A stretch of DNA of 54,672 nt, the filler included, from Basidioascus undulatus (Eukaryota), in the NCBI GenBank assembly GCA_000826855.1. It is 3 parts of 3 records of this genome, joined end to end, with 100 filler letters (N's around TTAATTAATTAA, not from the genome) between each part and the next. Parts side by side here need not be neighbours in the genome. Positions count along the whole stretch, not along the records: positions 1 to 18,176 come from JTLS01000481.1; positions 18,277 to 36,449 come from JTLS01000482.1; 1 more part is not named here. One strand, given 5' to 3'. How positions within the stretch are numbered: position 1 is the first letter of the stretch; the number at the start of each line of letters is the position of its first letter. A model generated the notes under the pieces. It did not search any database, was not told where the DNA came from, and worked only from the letters and a program-made list of their open reading frames with translations. Of the stretch, positions 12,939 through 26,100 are shown in pieces. The position numbers were made by a program, and so were the translations under genes.

Positions 12939-15281
12939 CTATGCCTTCTCCACATCAGAGACAGGCGTCGAGGTCTTGTGCAGGACCTTCATCTTCTCCG
13001 CGCGGACCTCGAGCTCGTCGACGTTGCGCGTCTTGGAGAAGATGAGGGAGATCTGCTCGAGCGAGAGGCCAGCAGTCTCGGGCTGTAAGGCCAGTAAATC
13101 GCCCAGTCAGTTAACGATAAGACGGTGAAGTTGAAGCTAAGTCTCAGGCTCACGTAGAAGAAGTAGATGATGGGGACGAAGGCGGCGTTGAAAGCCATAA
13201 AGATGAGGAAGAAGCCCCAGCCGAGGTTCTCAGAGCCGATGGGGGTGATCTTCACGACGGCGAAGTTCTGTAAATGGGCAAGTAACCGAGTCAGTCGTCT
13301 GAGGGGCAGTCAGCTTCGAGCTTTCCTGGGGACCCACCCAGATCCAGTTGGCGCTCGTCGCAAGCGCCGCACCCTGCGAGCGGAACCGGAGCGTGTTGAT
13401 CTCCGTGGGATACAGCCAAGGGCCGGCAACCCAGCCGAATCCGCTGTAGGACGCGATGTAGACGAAGACGAAGATGATGGCGGCAGTGCCGGCTGTGCGA
13501 TTGAGGCCCACAGTCAGCTCGGGGATCACAAACGGTGACGCTCGGAAGGCAGAAGGCACCCAGCGATACTCCCATGAAAATAAAATATCACTTACCAGCC
13601 TTAGTGTCCTGCTTGATGAGGACAGCGATGAGAAGCATGGAGATGGCTTGGAGCGCAGCGCCGATCATAAGAGGCTTGCGGCGGCCCATCTTGTCGATGA
13701 ACATGATAGGGAAGGCGGTGAAGACTGAGAAGAAGACACAGCACGGTTAAAGAATAATCGTATGACCACATTTAGGGGACTAACCCATGAAGCAGAAGCC
13801 AGTGCAGCCACCGACGATGAGGGAGAGCTCGCGGTCGAGGCCGAGCGTGTTCTCGAGCAGGAAGGCGGAGTAGAAGATGACGGCGTTGATACCGGTGAGC
13901 TGTTGCACTGATGGAAAAAAAGGCCGCGTAAATAAGCAACACCGAATCGCAGAGGTAAGAAGCACTCACTCATCTGAATGCCGTACGCCAGGCAGAGACG
14001 ACGGAAAGTCTGGAGGTCGCCGCCCTGGAAGTACTCCTTCCACTGCACAGGGCCGCCCGCAGACTCGCTATGTAGGAAGAGATTGAGTTATAAAGTCCTC
14101 TAAGTAAAATCCGGTAAGATGAAAAGACGTACGCAGCAAGGGACTCCTCGATGACAGCGAGCTGCGCCTGGACATCGGGGCTATCGATGGAGTCACCATC
14201 AAGCTGGGCGAGTACATCGAGCGCCTCCTCGCGGCGACCGTGGGCAGCGAGCCAGCGGGGAGACTCCGGAAGGCCGATAAGGAGAGTGCCGCTATAAGGT
14301 GGCCCAACGGTTAGGACTCGTTGTATAAAGGGATCGAGAGGACACGTACGTGATGACGGCAAAGACAATCTGCAGGGCAATGGGAGTCCGGTACTGCACC
14401 GCGACGTTCGTCTCGCCGGCAGTGCCGTAAGTGATCCAGTACGAGATAACGATACCAACGGTCTAAGTGATAATAGTAACCTCAGTAAGTCCCAGGCCTG
14501 TCGTTATACAACGAAGAAGCGTACGATGAACCAGCCCTCAACGGAGATCATGCGACCGCGGGACTTGGCCAGTGAAGTCTCGGCCTGGAATACCGGGATA
14601 ACCTGCAAGGAAACATGGATTAGAACATGCTCTTGCCTCAAGATGGGCTATAGAGGCGCACAGAAGTGTTGGCACTGGAGGCGATGAAGACCCTCCCTCA
14701 GCTCTTGCAGCGGCAAGCAGCCTAGCGTCCCAGACTCACCCGTTACCCAGGCCTGTGACGATGCGGCCGACAATGAGGGTGGCCACATTGGGCGCCGCTG
14801 TTTGAAGAACCGCTCCCACAATCATGGTACCAAGACCGACGAAGATGGACCTTTTCCGACCGAGACGTTCGCCCTGCACATTCACCGTCAGCGTCCACTT
14901 TCATCGCCGAGAAAGTAGTGAAAACGCACGAAAGCCATGATGAACACCGCGCCAAAGAAACACCCAATTCTGAACACAGCACAGATGAGCCAAAATATAA
15001 TAAAGAAACAACATTGGACGTACTCGTAAATGGAGACAATCGTGCCGAGGAGGACCTTGTCCGGGTTGCCGAACGTGTCCTTGAACGCCTGGCCACCGAT
15101 CAAACCGGCAAAGACACCTTGGTCCTGTTGATTTTCCAACACCCTCCATGAATAGCCCTTCTAAATAACGAATCAGCAACAGGAAACTTACATAGCCGAA
15201 CAGCAGGAAACCACTGGCAGTCGCGAGAGTGATGAGGAGGCGGAGCGAGTTGCCTCGCAGGCCGAACCAGGTGAAGCCCAT
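12939..15281 (-). CDS. MFS sugar porter, STL1-like
   Basis: FLLFGYDQGVFAGLI, GTIVSIYE-IGCFFGA, GRIVTGLGNGANTSVIPVFQAET, PESPRWL, QQLTGINAVIFYS, WLYPTEINTLRFRSQG, PETAGLSLEQI; many introns. Confidence 0.93.
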
Positions 15282-17723
15282 CCTTGCTTGTCGAGGTTGA
15301 AGAGTATGCGTGAAAGAGACGAGCAGATGGGGAAGAGAAGTGCAGGGGGGAAGTTGGAAGGCAGCGTGTGATGTGCTCCTGCTTTTATTGCTCTCCACCG
15401 AACAATCCTCCCTAAGATTGCCGGCAGGGCCAAGCTCGGGACCAGGAACGCTCCCGGCAGCTTGGGGCTACAAGCTCTGGCTGGCACCCACAGGAGCGCC
15501 ACCGGGGCTCAACCGGGCTAGGAGTCGGAGTGCTGGGCGGGGCTCACTTCCGAGCGGGACACCGCGCAGATTTGCGTGGGGCTCGCAGCGGAGATTGTGG
15601 AGGTTGAGAGGGGGGAGTGAAGCTTATGCTTGCTCAGGAACGCCACGCGAGCTCGGCCTGGTTCGTTTTGATTCGTTGAGGGTGAAAGTGCACCCGGCAA
15701 TGGACGGAGACAGACCGACGCAGCGCTGCCTGCTAGCCTTTGAGCTCGGCCTCTTCGCTCCCTCACGCCCTGCGCTCTACTTGGAGCCTAGGGGTACAAC
15801 AGTTCATTCAGACCACCTTGACCGTTTCTCAAAAAAATTATACGGTGGCACCCTCGAAACTTTCCCTACGCCCAGGCTTCGATCCGCTGATCCTCAAGCT
15901 TTCAGGGCCTCCACTTTAGAATTTGCGAGTGAGACGAGCAGCCTCAAGCACAGTTGCCGGCCTTGCCCGGCTGTCTTCGCTTTCTTCCACCCACCAGCAT
16001 GGTAAGATGCCTCCGGACTCCGCTCATGGCCGGCATCTCCGCTGTCCGGAGCAAGGCTGGGCCGCTGGCGGAAGAGCATGCTCCCCGACTCCGCGGCCAG
16101 CGGATGACCTGCTCGGAACCTTTACATATGCAAATAAAGGGGTGGGGGCGTGTGGGTGGTGTTTCTCGGTGATCACGCAACACACATGCGAACGTCAGCT
16201 TTTGAGGGAGTCAGCTGTAGTTAACATGCGGCACGGCCAGTTTCAGAGAGAGAGAGATAGGAGCCGCTGGTACAGCTGCCGATATGTGCACCCAATGGGT
16301 AGAATTGTTCCCAAACAAGAATATGTGTGCCCATGGAGGGGTCTGAAACCCGCTGTTGCCAGCTTGTATCAACTTCCACGGTCACAGCGTGGCGCCTTGT
16401 ATGCAAAGGGCCCTCCCTCTCTTGCTACAGACACAATGCGGAGGCCACCCATCCCTTCCAGTATTTCTTCGAGTCGCATCCGAATGCCCCTAATTTTCTA
16501 TCAAGCGGATTAATACATTGATTGATCGGCGAACTACAGCTGCTGTGCAGCATTGCTGGCGAGCGCTTTCAATCTTGGTCTGCTGATCTCGTCGTGGTTG
16601 TCGGCGGCAGTACAAGGCAATCAGCCACTGCTTAGAGGCCCTAAGACGTGCATTCCATGTTGGGCTATCCTGAGAGCTTGAGAAGGGATCTAAAAGCTTC
16701 AGAACGCATAGAGTGCCATACATCTTCACAAACTTGTATCGAGTCAAAGGAAAACGGAACGTCAAGGGGGCTCTGAACAGGCTGAGATACGAGCGAGCAG
16801 CCGAAGCAATTTCAGACATTTATTGAATAAGTGTCTGTTGTCACCAGTCCTATATGGGCGGACAACCTTTGTCCGTCATGCCAACTTGAAAGACGCGACG
16901 TGATGTCCACACCATGCGGAAAAAGAAACATGCATTCAACGCCGACCTGGCTCTGACGAATATTTGCACATCGCACAGAGCTACAAAAAGTCTAGGTGTG
17001 CTTTTTCCGTTTCACCTTGAGCATTGAAAACTTGGAGAGCGATCAACTCCCACCGATCACTTTATGTACGACACCTTCCGATGGTAAGTACACACCAAGA
17101 TCTAGCTTGTGTCAGGGGTTTCACTTTCCAATTCGCTGGCTTGTATAGAAACTTTCGAAGACTTTTATCGATTCACATTGTAGAGCTTAATTCTGAGCAT
17201 TCACGAGTGCGCTTTGAACACAATCTCAAACCTCGGTATGCCTCCATTCGCTGCGCCTTCCATTCACTCCGCCGCGACTGTTCATGAAGAGAAGAGACGC
17301 TTCACATGTAGTTAATGAGGACATTGGGATCACTACCTTGCCGATCCAAATTTGATCATTGTGCACCAGCAAACAGCCAGCAAAGGTCGACCGAGAAGGC
17401 GGTCTGATGCTGTGACTCACACTTGCATAAATTCACTTATATTCACCTGAAACATTGGTCTCGCTGGGTGGTGTGCAGGGATCCCACCCAGAAGATCTGT
17501 CGACGCTTGCGTGATGAGTTCAACGTGGTGACGATGGCGAGCTTGAACGCTTCGCCTTGCCTCTCCTCCCTCTCGTCTCCTCCCAAGACATCCAGGAAAG
17601 GACCCGGGGTATTCGCTCAATGTGAAGCGTGGCATGCCTGCCAATAATCATGAGATGATTCGAAGTGCATGTTCGCCCACATCCTCTCCGAATTCCGTCC
17701 ACCCCTCCCCCCCGACCTGTGCT

Positions 17724-18176
17724 CTACGCCTCCTCTTTGCCATCCTTTCTCCTTACGAAGATATGGAAGTGCGCCAGCCCGGGAACGCTCTGCAGCCTCT
17801 GTTCTCCGGGCACCCACGTCAGTTTCCCTTCTCTTCTCTTCGATAACCTCGCGGCATACTCACCGGGGGGTTCACGAACCAAGCCGTCTCCCACCCCCTT
17901 TCGTCCCACCTCCCCCGCATCCACTGCGCGATCCCCCGCCCCTGCTCCTTCACCGCGTCCTCCACTCCCTCCCCCTCCCCCTCCGCACCCGTGAACCCAT
18001 AGACGCCAAGCTCGCACACGCGCGCCCACCCCTCGTCGGCGGAGGACAGCGCGCGGTGTAGGAGCGGGAGGCGCGACCAGAGGACGTGGTGCTCGATGTT
18101 GTGGGGAAGGGAGTAGGGCCAGTCGTTATGGAGGAGCGTGTAGGTGTTGGGGTGGGAGAGGAAAGGGAGGGACTCG
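17724..18176 (-). CDS. DUF3605 family protein (GIG1-like), 3' part; 5' end lost in the gap
   Basis: LLHNDWPYSLPHNIEHHVLWSRLP and WFVNPP-intron-RLQSVPGLAHFHIFVRRK. Confidence 0.8.
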
Positions 18177-18276
18177 NNNNNNNNNNNNNNNNNNNNNNNN
18201 NNNNNNNNNNNNNNNNNNNNTTAATTAATTAANNNNNNNNNNNNNNNNNNNNNNNNNNNNNNNNNNNNNNNNNNNN
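18177..18276. other. Artificial contig-joining spacer
   Basis: 44 N + TTAATTAATTAA (stops in all six frames) + 44 N. Confidence 0.97.
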
Positions 18277-19817
18277 CGACGCCTCCGCACCACCTCCAGC
18301 AGCAGCTCCTCTCCCTTGACGAGCACCGCGCGTTCGGGAGTTTCTTGGACGGGGAGGACTCGCAGCTTGGGGCTGGGATGGCGCAAGCGGGGACGGGGGC
18401 ACAGATCCAGCATCGGCATCAGCACCAGTGGGGTGACTGGGCGGCACAGGGCGCGTGGCCTGGGCTTCCACCCCCGCCGCCGCCGCTTATGATGCAGGGG
18501 GGGCAGGGCCAGCATGTGAGTCTTTGATGCGGCAGTTCAGAAAGGGACGAGTGGATGTTCGAAAATTTTAGCTAAGGAGGACTCTACCTCCCCGAGCGAA
18601 GGAGGACCCTACCTCCCCGCTCCACGCTTTCTCCTGCCCATCCACATGCTGACCCACCGTCCCCTCACCCAGCCGCATCTCTCTGGCCTCGACCTCCTCT
18701 CCGCCGCATCCTCTTGCGCTTTGTTCGTCCAGCCGTCCGCCAAGCGGCGGCGGACTGAGTCGCCCGTGTCCTCGTCCGACCCCGCCGTCCCGCTGCCCTC
18801 CTTTCCCCAGTCGCAGTCGCAAGCGTCCGCATCTACATCCGCCTCTGCCTCTGCCTCCTCCACCTCCGCGGACGTCAAGCCCCGCATTGCGAAGGGGAAG
18901 GGAAAGGCGGGCGCCGGTACTGGTGCAGGCCGGAAGCGGAAGGCCTCGGCGGCGAAGAGCGCCTCGCCGGGGCCGGGGGGAAAGGGGCATACGCTGTTAA
19001 CGGTGCGTGCGCTTTTTTTTGCCTCTTTCTTTCGGGGCATGCCCTATTCTCTTCCTTCCCCTTTCTTTCTTTCCTCCCGCCTCCTTCTTTCCTTCCCCCC
19101 TCTTCTCTTTCCTTCCCCCCTCTCTTCTTTCCTTCCGCGTGCTGACGCTTCTCTCGCGGTTCGCAGGACGCCGAGCGCAAGCAGAACCACATCCGCTCGG
19201 AAAAGAAACGGCGCAACCAGATCCGGCTAGGCTACGACGCCCTAACGCGTGTCGTGCCAGCACTGCGGGACGCCGTGCGCGAACTGGAAGAGCGCTCCGC
19301 CTCGGCCGCGTCGACCGAGGACCCGTCCGCCGCGCCCACGCCCGACAGCAAGGGGGGCGCTGCCGCAGCGAAGCGACGACGGAGCGCGGGGGCGAAGGGG
19401 GATGGAGGCGCCGGAGCAGGAGCAGCAGGAAAAGCTGTAGGGGGCGTGGAGATCGGGGGGGAGAAGATTGATGGACGCGCGGGCCCGAAGAGCGAGGCTA
19501 TCGTGCTACAAAAATGTTCGAATTCTTTCCTTTTCTCTTCCCTTTCCCTCCATCCCTCTCCAATCTCAGATTTTGTAGGCAGACACTGACTCCAGAGCCG
19601 GTCCACCGTCCACCCAGCGGTCGACTACGTCCGCGCCCTGCTCTCCACGCGCCACGCGCTGCTCGCGCGCCTCGAGCGCGCGAAGGCGACGCACCCCGCC
19701 GCGGCGTTCATGCCCCCGCCGAGCGAGCCACCTGTGTGGATGCAGCACTTTGACGGCAGCGCCGCGGTCGTGCCCGGCGAGGGCGAGGAGGGCGAGAGCG
19801 GCGGGGAGGAGGCCTAG
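18277..19817 (+). CDS. bHLH transcription factor (INO4/MLX-like), 5' end in the gap
   Basis: KGHTLLT-intron-DAERKQNHIRSEKKRRNQIRLGYDALTRVVPAL...GPKSEAIVLQK-intron-AVDYVRALL. Confidence 0.85.
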
Positions 19818-20571
19818 CACTGGCTGAGGTGTTGTATGGGGCAGGGAAGGGAAAGCGATGGTTGCGAGGTGCAGGGTGCAATGTGGGAGAACAGGGAGGG
19901 CGTGTAATGGTGCGAGCAACTGTTGTATTGCATTGGACTGGCGCTTGAGCTCTGGAATGTTTGCGCTTGGACGGGACCAGCGCGACTACTGACTGACTGA
20001 CGACCCGCATGCAGATGGCGGCGAATATGGCGGATGACCCTTCTCCATCGCCATTGCGACTGCAAGCCAAGTCCTTGCACGCGCACACAGCAGACCGCAG
20101 GCCGGCATTCCGAGTAAGTTGTTCCAGTGGTACCAAGGGACCGTGAAGGGTTTAAGTTTATGCGTGTTGTTGTGAGTGTTAAATGCGAGTGATGATGCGG
20201 CGAATAGTAGATAGCGAACAAACGAAAGGAGGAACCGGGGGCAAACAAGGCAAAAGTGGAAGTGGAGAAGTGGAGAAGTGGAGAAGCGGGGCGACCAGAA
20301 CGACCGAACGCAAACCGCGGGGATACGAAGAACGAAGGGGGGCGACGAGGAACGGCGGATTTGGGATCGAGGTGGGGGGGTGGGGAGGAGGTCACTTGAG
20401 AGGGTAGTGTAGATTTTGGAAGGCGGGGCGGTCGGTGAATATGGGTAGGGACACAGGGGCGAGGCGGTAGTGAGACAGTTGCGGGTCGGTCGGTGCTAAT
20501 TCCTCATGCGGGTGAAGGAGGTCGAGACGGTCGGGTGGTCGTTGTCGGCGCGTTCGCCCGGCCGCGCAGGG

Positions 20572-21530
20572 CTATGACGCCGCGGGCAGCTCCTGGTGCG
20601 GTCGTGATTGGCTCTGCTCTTGCTCGAGGAGCGTGGCTGTCGCTGCTGCTGCGGTGGTAGTGGTTTGGGAAGCGGGGGAGGCGGCGTGGTTGAGCGAGCA
20701 CACGTCGAGCGCGGCCTTCTGCTCAGCGCGCCACCCGACGCGCTCGAGCGCATCGGGGAAGGACACCCATTCTCGCGTGCGCTCGTCCTAATTAGTTCCG
20801 ATCGCCGAATTTAGCAAAGGAAGGACAAAGAAGGAGTGAAGCAAGGAGGATGGAAGGACGAAGGTGGTGAGACGCACCTTCTCGTCCCACTCGTCGTCCA
20901 GCGCAGACACGGCGACCCTGCGGGCGTGCGTGTGAGGATGCCGCACAACCGCGGGGAGAGGAGAGAGCGAGAGGAGCAAGGAGGGAGGAATCACTCGTAG
21001 AAGTGGTACCGCGCCCGGGGGATGAACGAGTCCGTCGCCTTGAGCGTCTTGATCGGCCGGTGGTCATCCACTGTCAGGAGGAAGGACTGCACAGCGCCGC
21101 GGACGCCCGCTGGAAGGTGCGAGGGGAAAGTATGAGGTGTGATGGGGTGAGAGCCAGGGAGGAGGGAAAAGGACACACCCTCTTCGTGCGCCTCTCGCAG
21201 GGCCGCTTCCTCCAGACTCGCATCGCTCTCCTCCCAACCGCCCTTTGGCAGGACCCATCTGCAGAGGGACAACCGCCCATCACTCAGCGTCTTTGTCCCT
21301 CGACGGCAGCGCCACGCCCCCTTCCCCCTCCCTGGCCCAAGAGCAGCATCGCGCACGCACCTCCCCGCATGCTTCCGACTGCTGATGACCAGCACCCGCC
21401 CCGTATCGCGCTCGACGGGCACGCAGCCGCACACGACGCGGGGCTGGGTGGTCGAGCGGAGGGCGTCCTTGTCCGACTTCAGCGACACGGACCGCGCAGA
21501 GAGCGACGTGTCGGACGCGCCGGAGCTCAT
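20572..21530 (-). CDS. Nudix hydrolase, diphosphoinositol-polyphosphate phosphohydrolase type (DDP1/Aps1-like)
   Basis: RVVCGCVP, RVLVISSRKH, WVLPKGGWE...EEAALREAHEEAG Nudix box, WDEKDERTREWV. Confidence 0.88.
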
Positions 21531-23189
21531 GGCGGCGGGAGGAGAGGGGCGAAGGGACTGGGACTGCGGGTACGGGAGGGAGGGAGATGGTGCAACTGGG
21601 AGGTGGCGGGCGAGCAGGAAGAAGGAATGTGCGAAGACAAAGAGGCGAGCTGGTCGTGTGCAGTCGAATGCAATGCGGCGCGGAGGAGGTCGGGCAGCCG
21701 AAAGTGGGTTGTCAGAGCACGTTCTTGTTCCTGGATATCCGACGGACGTCCGTCGGATGGGGTTGGCTCTGTTTCCGTCCAGCATTTTTGCACTCAAATT
21801 TTGCGAACACGAGGCCGCTGATCCCCGGAGCGAGGTGTCAGCATGAGCTGGGTATGAGCCCGCCCATCACAAGTTGCGTTGCTAGACAGTGTGCCACACT
21901 GGAATGCCACCTCAGCATATGGTCTGAAGAGGCAAATCGCCAAGTGCATGAATCGGCTCCATCACGCTACATAAGGGTTGGACTCCTATCTTTACGTAGA
22001 CTTAGTATCTAAAGTTGGCGTTATTGCTACAAGCCATCATATTCACTTCACGCTCTCCCAAGACACTAGCTCTGTAGCAGACTCGAATCGCGCAGCAGAG
22101 CCTTCTCTCTTGGCAGCAGTCCAGCGAGCGCAGGAAAAATGATTCCTGTACCGTCGCCAGCCATCATTTCGATCAAGTTCGAGAGGAAGGCTGATAAGGC
22201 AATGAACGGGGGAGGCCAGCCTGCAGTCTTGAGCTCGGAGGCAGTGTCAGTGAACCCGACCCCGAAATACCGCCTTGAGTGCACAGTCCCACTATGCAGA
22301 AAAGAAGTTGGTATATATGAAAGACCCCTATAAAACACAGAGTATAGCCCGAGGAAAATACGCAAGGACAATAGGGACTGGCATGCATGCTGGTACTGCC
22401 TGCCACTGCTGTCCAGCAGCCTGAGGCCTCTGGCTTTCCTTGAGCCCTGGGCTTTCAAATTGAATGTCGGAGCATGTATTATATCTCAGAAGCAATCTTT
22501 TCAACAGAGGCAAGCAATGCAGCTTGTGCTGCGCCATGAGCTCTCGGTGAGACCAGAACGGGGTGCTTCATACACTGTATCTACAGGGAGCAATCACTAT
22601 GCACAACCGGCGTGCCTGAAGCCCCATACTCACTCATCGATAACTGGTCTCCTTCCCCGTGTGCCGATCTTGCGAAGGACACTGAAGCCTGAAGCTATAC
22701 CGTGCTAGAACTGCCGGCGGGCATGCAGCTCTGCGCGTGTGTTGTCTGGCCTCGTAGAAGGATTCGCTTGGTGAGATGAGCCTTGAAGTTATTATTTTGT
22801 AAGTAAAGGGGAAGAACGCTGAGCATTCAGTATGTGCACTGAGGAAAGGAAGGAGCTTGGATAGTTGGACACCACAAGACAGTCTTCATTGAGCCCACAA
22901 CGACAGGACGTGTCCCACGGTTGTTTTTCGTTGCTGCCGGGGTTTGCTGATGGGCTGAAAGGAGCATTTGGGAATATTTTTCAGGTGCACGCTACAGAAA
23001 AGAAACAAAACGCTGTGTGCCCCTTAGGGGAAGCTCACGTGAGTGACGTCGTTCTCTGCACGGCGAACTTCCACTTCCAAGCCCGGCGTCGGCGTCCGAG
23101 CCGCTGCTTGCAGATCCCGTCTTCTAGCCACTCGCGCCTCTTCATCCTCCTCCTCCTCCTCATCCTCCTCCTCTTTGTTCCCCCTCCCG

Positions 23190-26100
23190 ATGGCCCGACG
23201 AGCCCTCACGCGCCCAATACCGGGCACGCTCGTCGCGCACGCGCATACGCTCCTCGCAGGCGCAGCGTTCGCGTCCGCGCTCCTCGTCGGGTGCGCACTG
23301 CACTATGTCAAGCTGTGCAAGAACGGCGTCGCCCAGTACCCGAAGGAGTGGTTCCCGAGGTGGGTTCTCCATCTCCCTCCTAAAATCCACGCGCAGGACA
23401 TGCTGAGACTCCGTTCTTCCTCAGCGTATCAGCCACAATCGGCGACTGGTACCCCGAGCGGTATTCTTCCTTCCCCTTTGTTCACCCCCGACTAGCGTGA
23501 ACCGACCCTCCTTCAGATCAATATACCAGATCCTGATCGCCATCACGTCCGGCCCGCGCTTTGCGCTCGTCCTTCTCTCGTGGCTGCTCGCGCGCCGCCC
23601 CGGCTCGCGCCTCGCGGGGCTCACATGTCTCGCAGGGCTCGTCAGGACGCTCTCGTGCGGGGTGTGGACGTATGTCACTTCGGTACGTGGCTGGGCGTTT
23701 CTTCTGGACGGGAATAAGGAGGGAGGGCACTGATGGTAGTGTTTGGGGAGGAAGACGGACGATGGGCTTACACATGATGTGTTCATGATCTTGTGCGTTT
23801 TCTTCCTGCTTTCACGTCGCTGCGGAGGATGGCGGAGCTCAGCGCTGGGGATTTGAGGCGGCAGATACATCGCTGCGACATTCTTCTACATGCCGGCCAA
23901 GGTCGCTTTAACGCGTCCAGAGGACGTGCTCCTCCGCAAGCTCCGGTCAGTCGACTTTCCTGTCGGGAAGCCTGACACTGCTGAAAGTGTCATCGTGCCG
24001 CAGACGAAACGCCGCGCTTTACTTCACGCTGTCCATGATCCCCATGATCTACTTCTACATAAAGCACAAAGTCAAGCTTGTTCCGGGGGGTGCGTCTTGC
24101 TCTTCCACCCCTCGTTGTCGGCCCTCAGTTGATCTTGAAATGGTGACTGCGCACAGCGTACACGACCTACTCGTTCTTTGAATGGGGCCTCATCATCTGC
24201 GACGTCTTCTTCGACTCGCTCTCCGGGCTCGAGCTCCACCGCCTCGAGGTCAGTCCGATTCCCATCCTGTCCCATTCCCCTCACATGGGTGAACTGACCG
24301 CGCTGCTGCAGATCCAAATCAAAGAAGTCGACAGGGACCGCAAGACGGATTCTGCAGGGTACGATCGCAGGGTGTAAGACTCCGTCGTGATCTGCAAATC
24401 ATTGACTTGGCTTCTTTTCGTTTCCGTGTTGGCTCGCTGTGCACCCAGCGTCCAGGCGGCTGTGGCAGCAGCGGGCGTCGGCAAGGAAGGGTCGGCTGCC
24501 GCGAACACTGCGGGTGTCGGCTTCGCGTCTTCTGTGCTCGCGGAATCGGATGAAGGCTTCTGTATCGACGCGTTGCGGTTCGCGGCGGACGTGTATCTCG
24601 GTCGGTGGAACTTCGCTGCGAAAGCGAACTCAGTTTCTGGGCTGACTCTGTGGACATCGTAGCTTTCGTGTGGTGGACGGTCCACACCGCTTTGCCGCTC
24701 ACCATCTTCTTCTACTCTGTGCATCTCTGCCTGGTGGTCTTCTGGCCCACTCCTACCACTTTATGCTGCTTATGCTGAGATTCCCGTGCGATAGGTTTGG
24801 GCTCTGAACATCGCCGGCGAGCTTCGCTTTCACACACCGCATCACCGCACCACGCCCGCTGACTGTCAACTACATACCACAGGCCAAGAAGCCCTCATGC
24901 TCGTAACGCTCTTCAGCACGCTCCTGGGCATTCCAGTTGTCCGGCGCGCTGCGGGATCGCATGCGGGCAGCACAGCCTTGACGCTGCTGAGCTTTGCAGG
25001 GCTTGCCGCGTATGCTGTACCCAGCACGGGCCGGAAACTTGCTGTGGGTGCGTACTGCTTAATTGTCGGGGGTTGGTATGAGGGGCTGGAAGCTGAGTCG
25101 CATACAGTCGCTGTGGCTGCTGCTCTGCAGGCTGTGCAGATCGCCGCTGAATGGGTCCAGGATGGGGGGAGGGACGCTCGGCATCGCGGGCTCGGTGCGT
25201 GTCCTCGACTGCTAGGTAGTCGAGCATGGCACTGATGGTGCCCGCTTCCCGTGCAGTACTTCTGCTGGGCCTACTGCTTTCTGTGATAGTGAAGCTCATC
25301 GGCCAATGTCAGTCCGCCCCGCCCTTCCGCCTGCGATACCGACGTCCCTGAGCTCTCTCCTTTCCGGGCAGCCAACAACCCTCTCTGGCCGACCATGCGC
25401 GCCAACAACGGGGGCGCGAACGTGCTCGGCCTCACGCTGGCTCTTGCTGCACTCAGCGTGCGAGCAACGCTTGGGCCGAGCCGCTCTCCGTTCGCTGCCT
25501 CCGCTACGCCTGATGCAGTCCCGCAGCGCCGCGGTTCGTGGTTTCTTGCTTCGCTAGGGCTGGGAGGTGTGCTTTTCGCACTGCACACCTGTACGTCTCA
25601 TCCCATCTGCCACTTCCGGGAGCCAGCCCTCTTGACCCCAGCGCGTCAGTCCTCACCGACAGCGGCACCCTCCTCTCCTTCACCTGGACGGGCTACCCCC
25701 TCACGGGGCCCACGCCCGTCGCCCACGCGCCGCTCATCGTCTTTTCCGCCGCCCTCGGGGTCCTTGCATCCTTTTCCGATCGCCTGACGCTCCACCCGCT
25801 CTGGCACGCCCTCGGCGCAGTCTCGCTCTGGGCGGTGTACGCGTTGCCCGACTGGCTGGGCGGCGCCGGCGCAGCGTGGACGGCCGCGTACGTCGCTTCG
25901 CTGCTGCCTGTGCTGCTCAAGACCGCTGCAAGCGGCCCGCCTGGGAGGACACTCGCAGTTGCGTGGCTCGTGCACACGCTCATGATCGTCGGGCATACGT
26001 AAGTCGTGATCCGGCACATGTACTGTATCTCCCATGCTGACGTGGCACTGCCTGGCTCTTGCGCAGATTCACTGTCGGTGCGTTTACTGTTGAAATGAGG

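Noticed and set aside
15310..17660. ORFs of 60-231 aa upstream of the sugar porter
   Set aside because: No motifs or consistent exon structure; most likely intergenic or promoter DNA
18221..18232. TTAATTAATTAA palindrome, repeated at 36494-36505, as a transposon target or biological motif
   Set aside because: Centred in symmetrical N runs, so it is a synthetic linker
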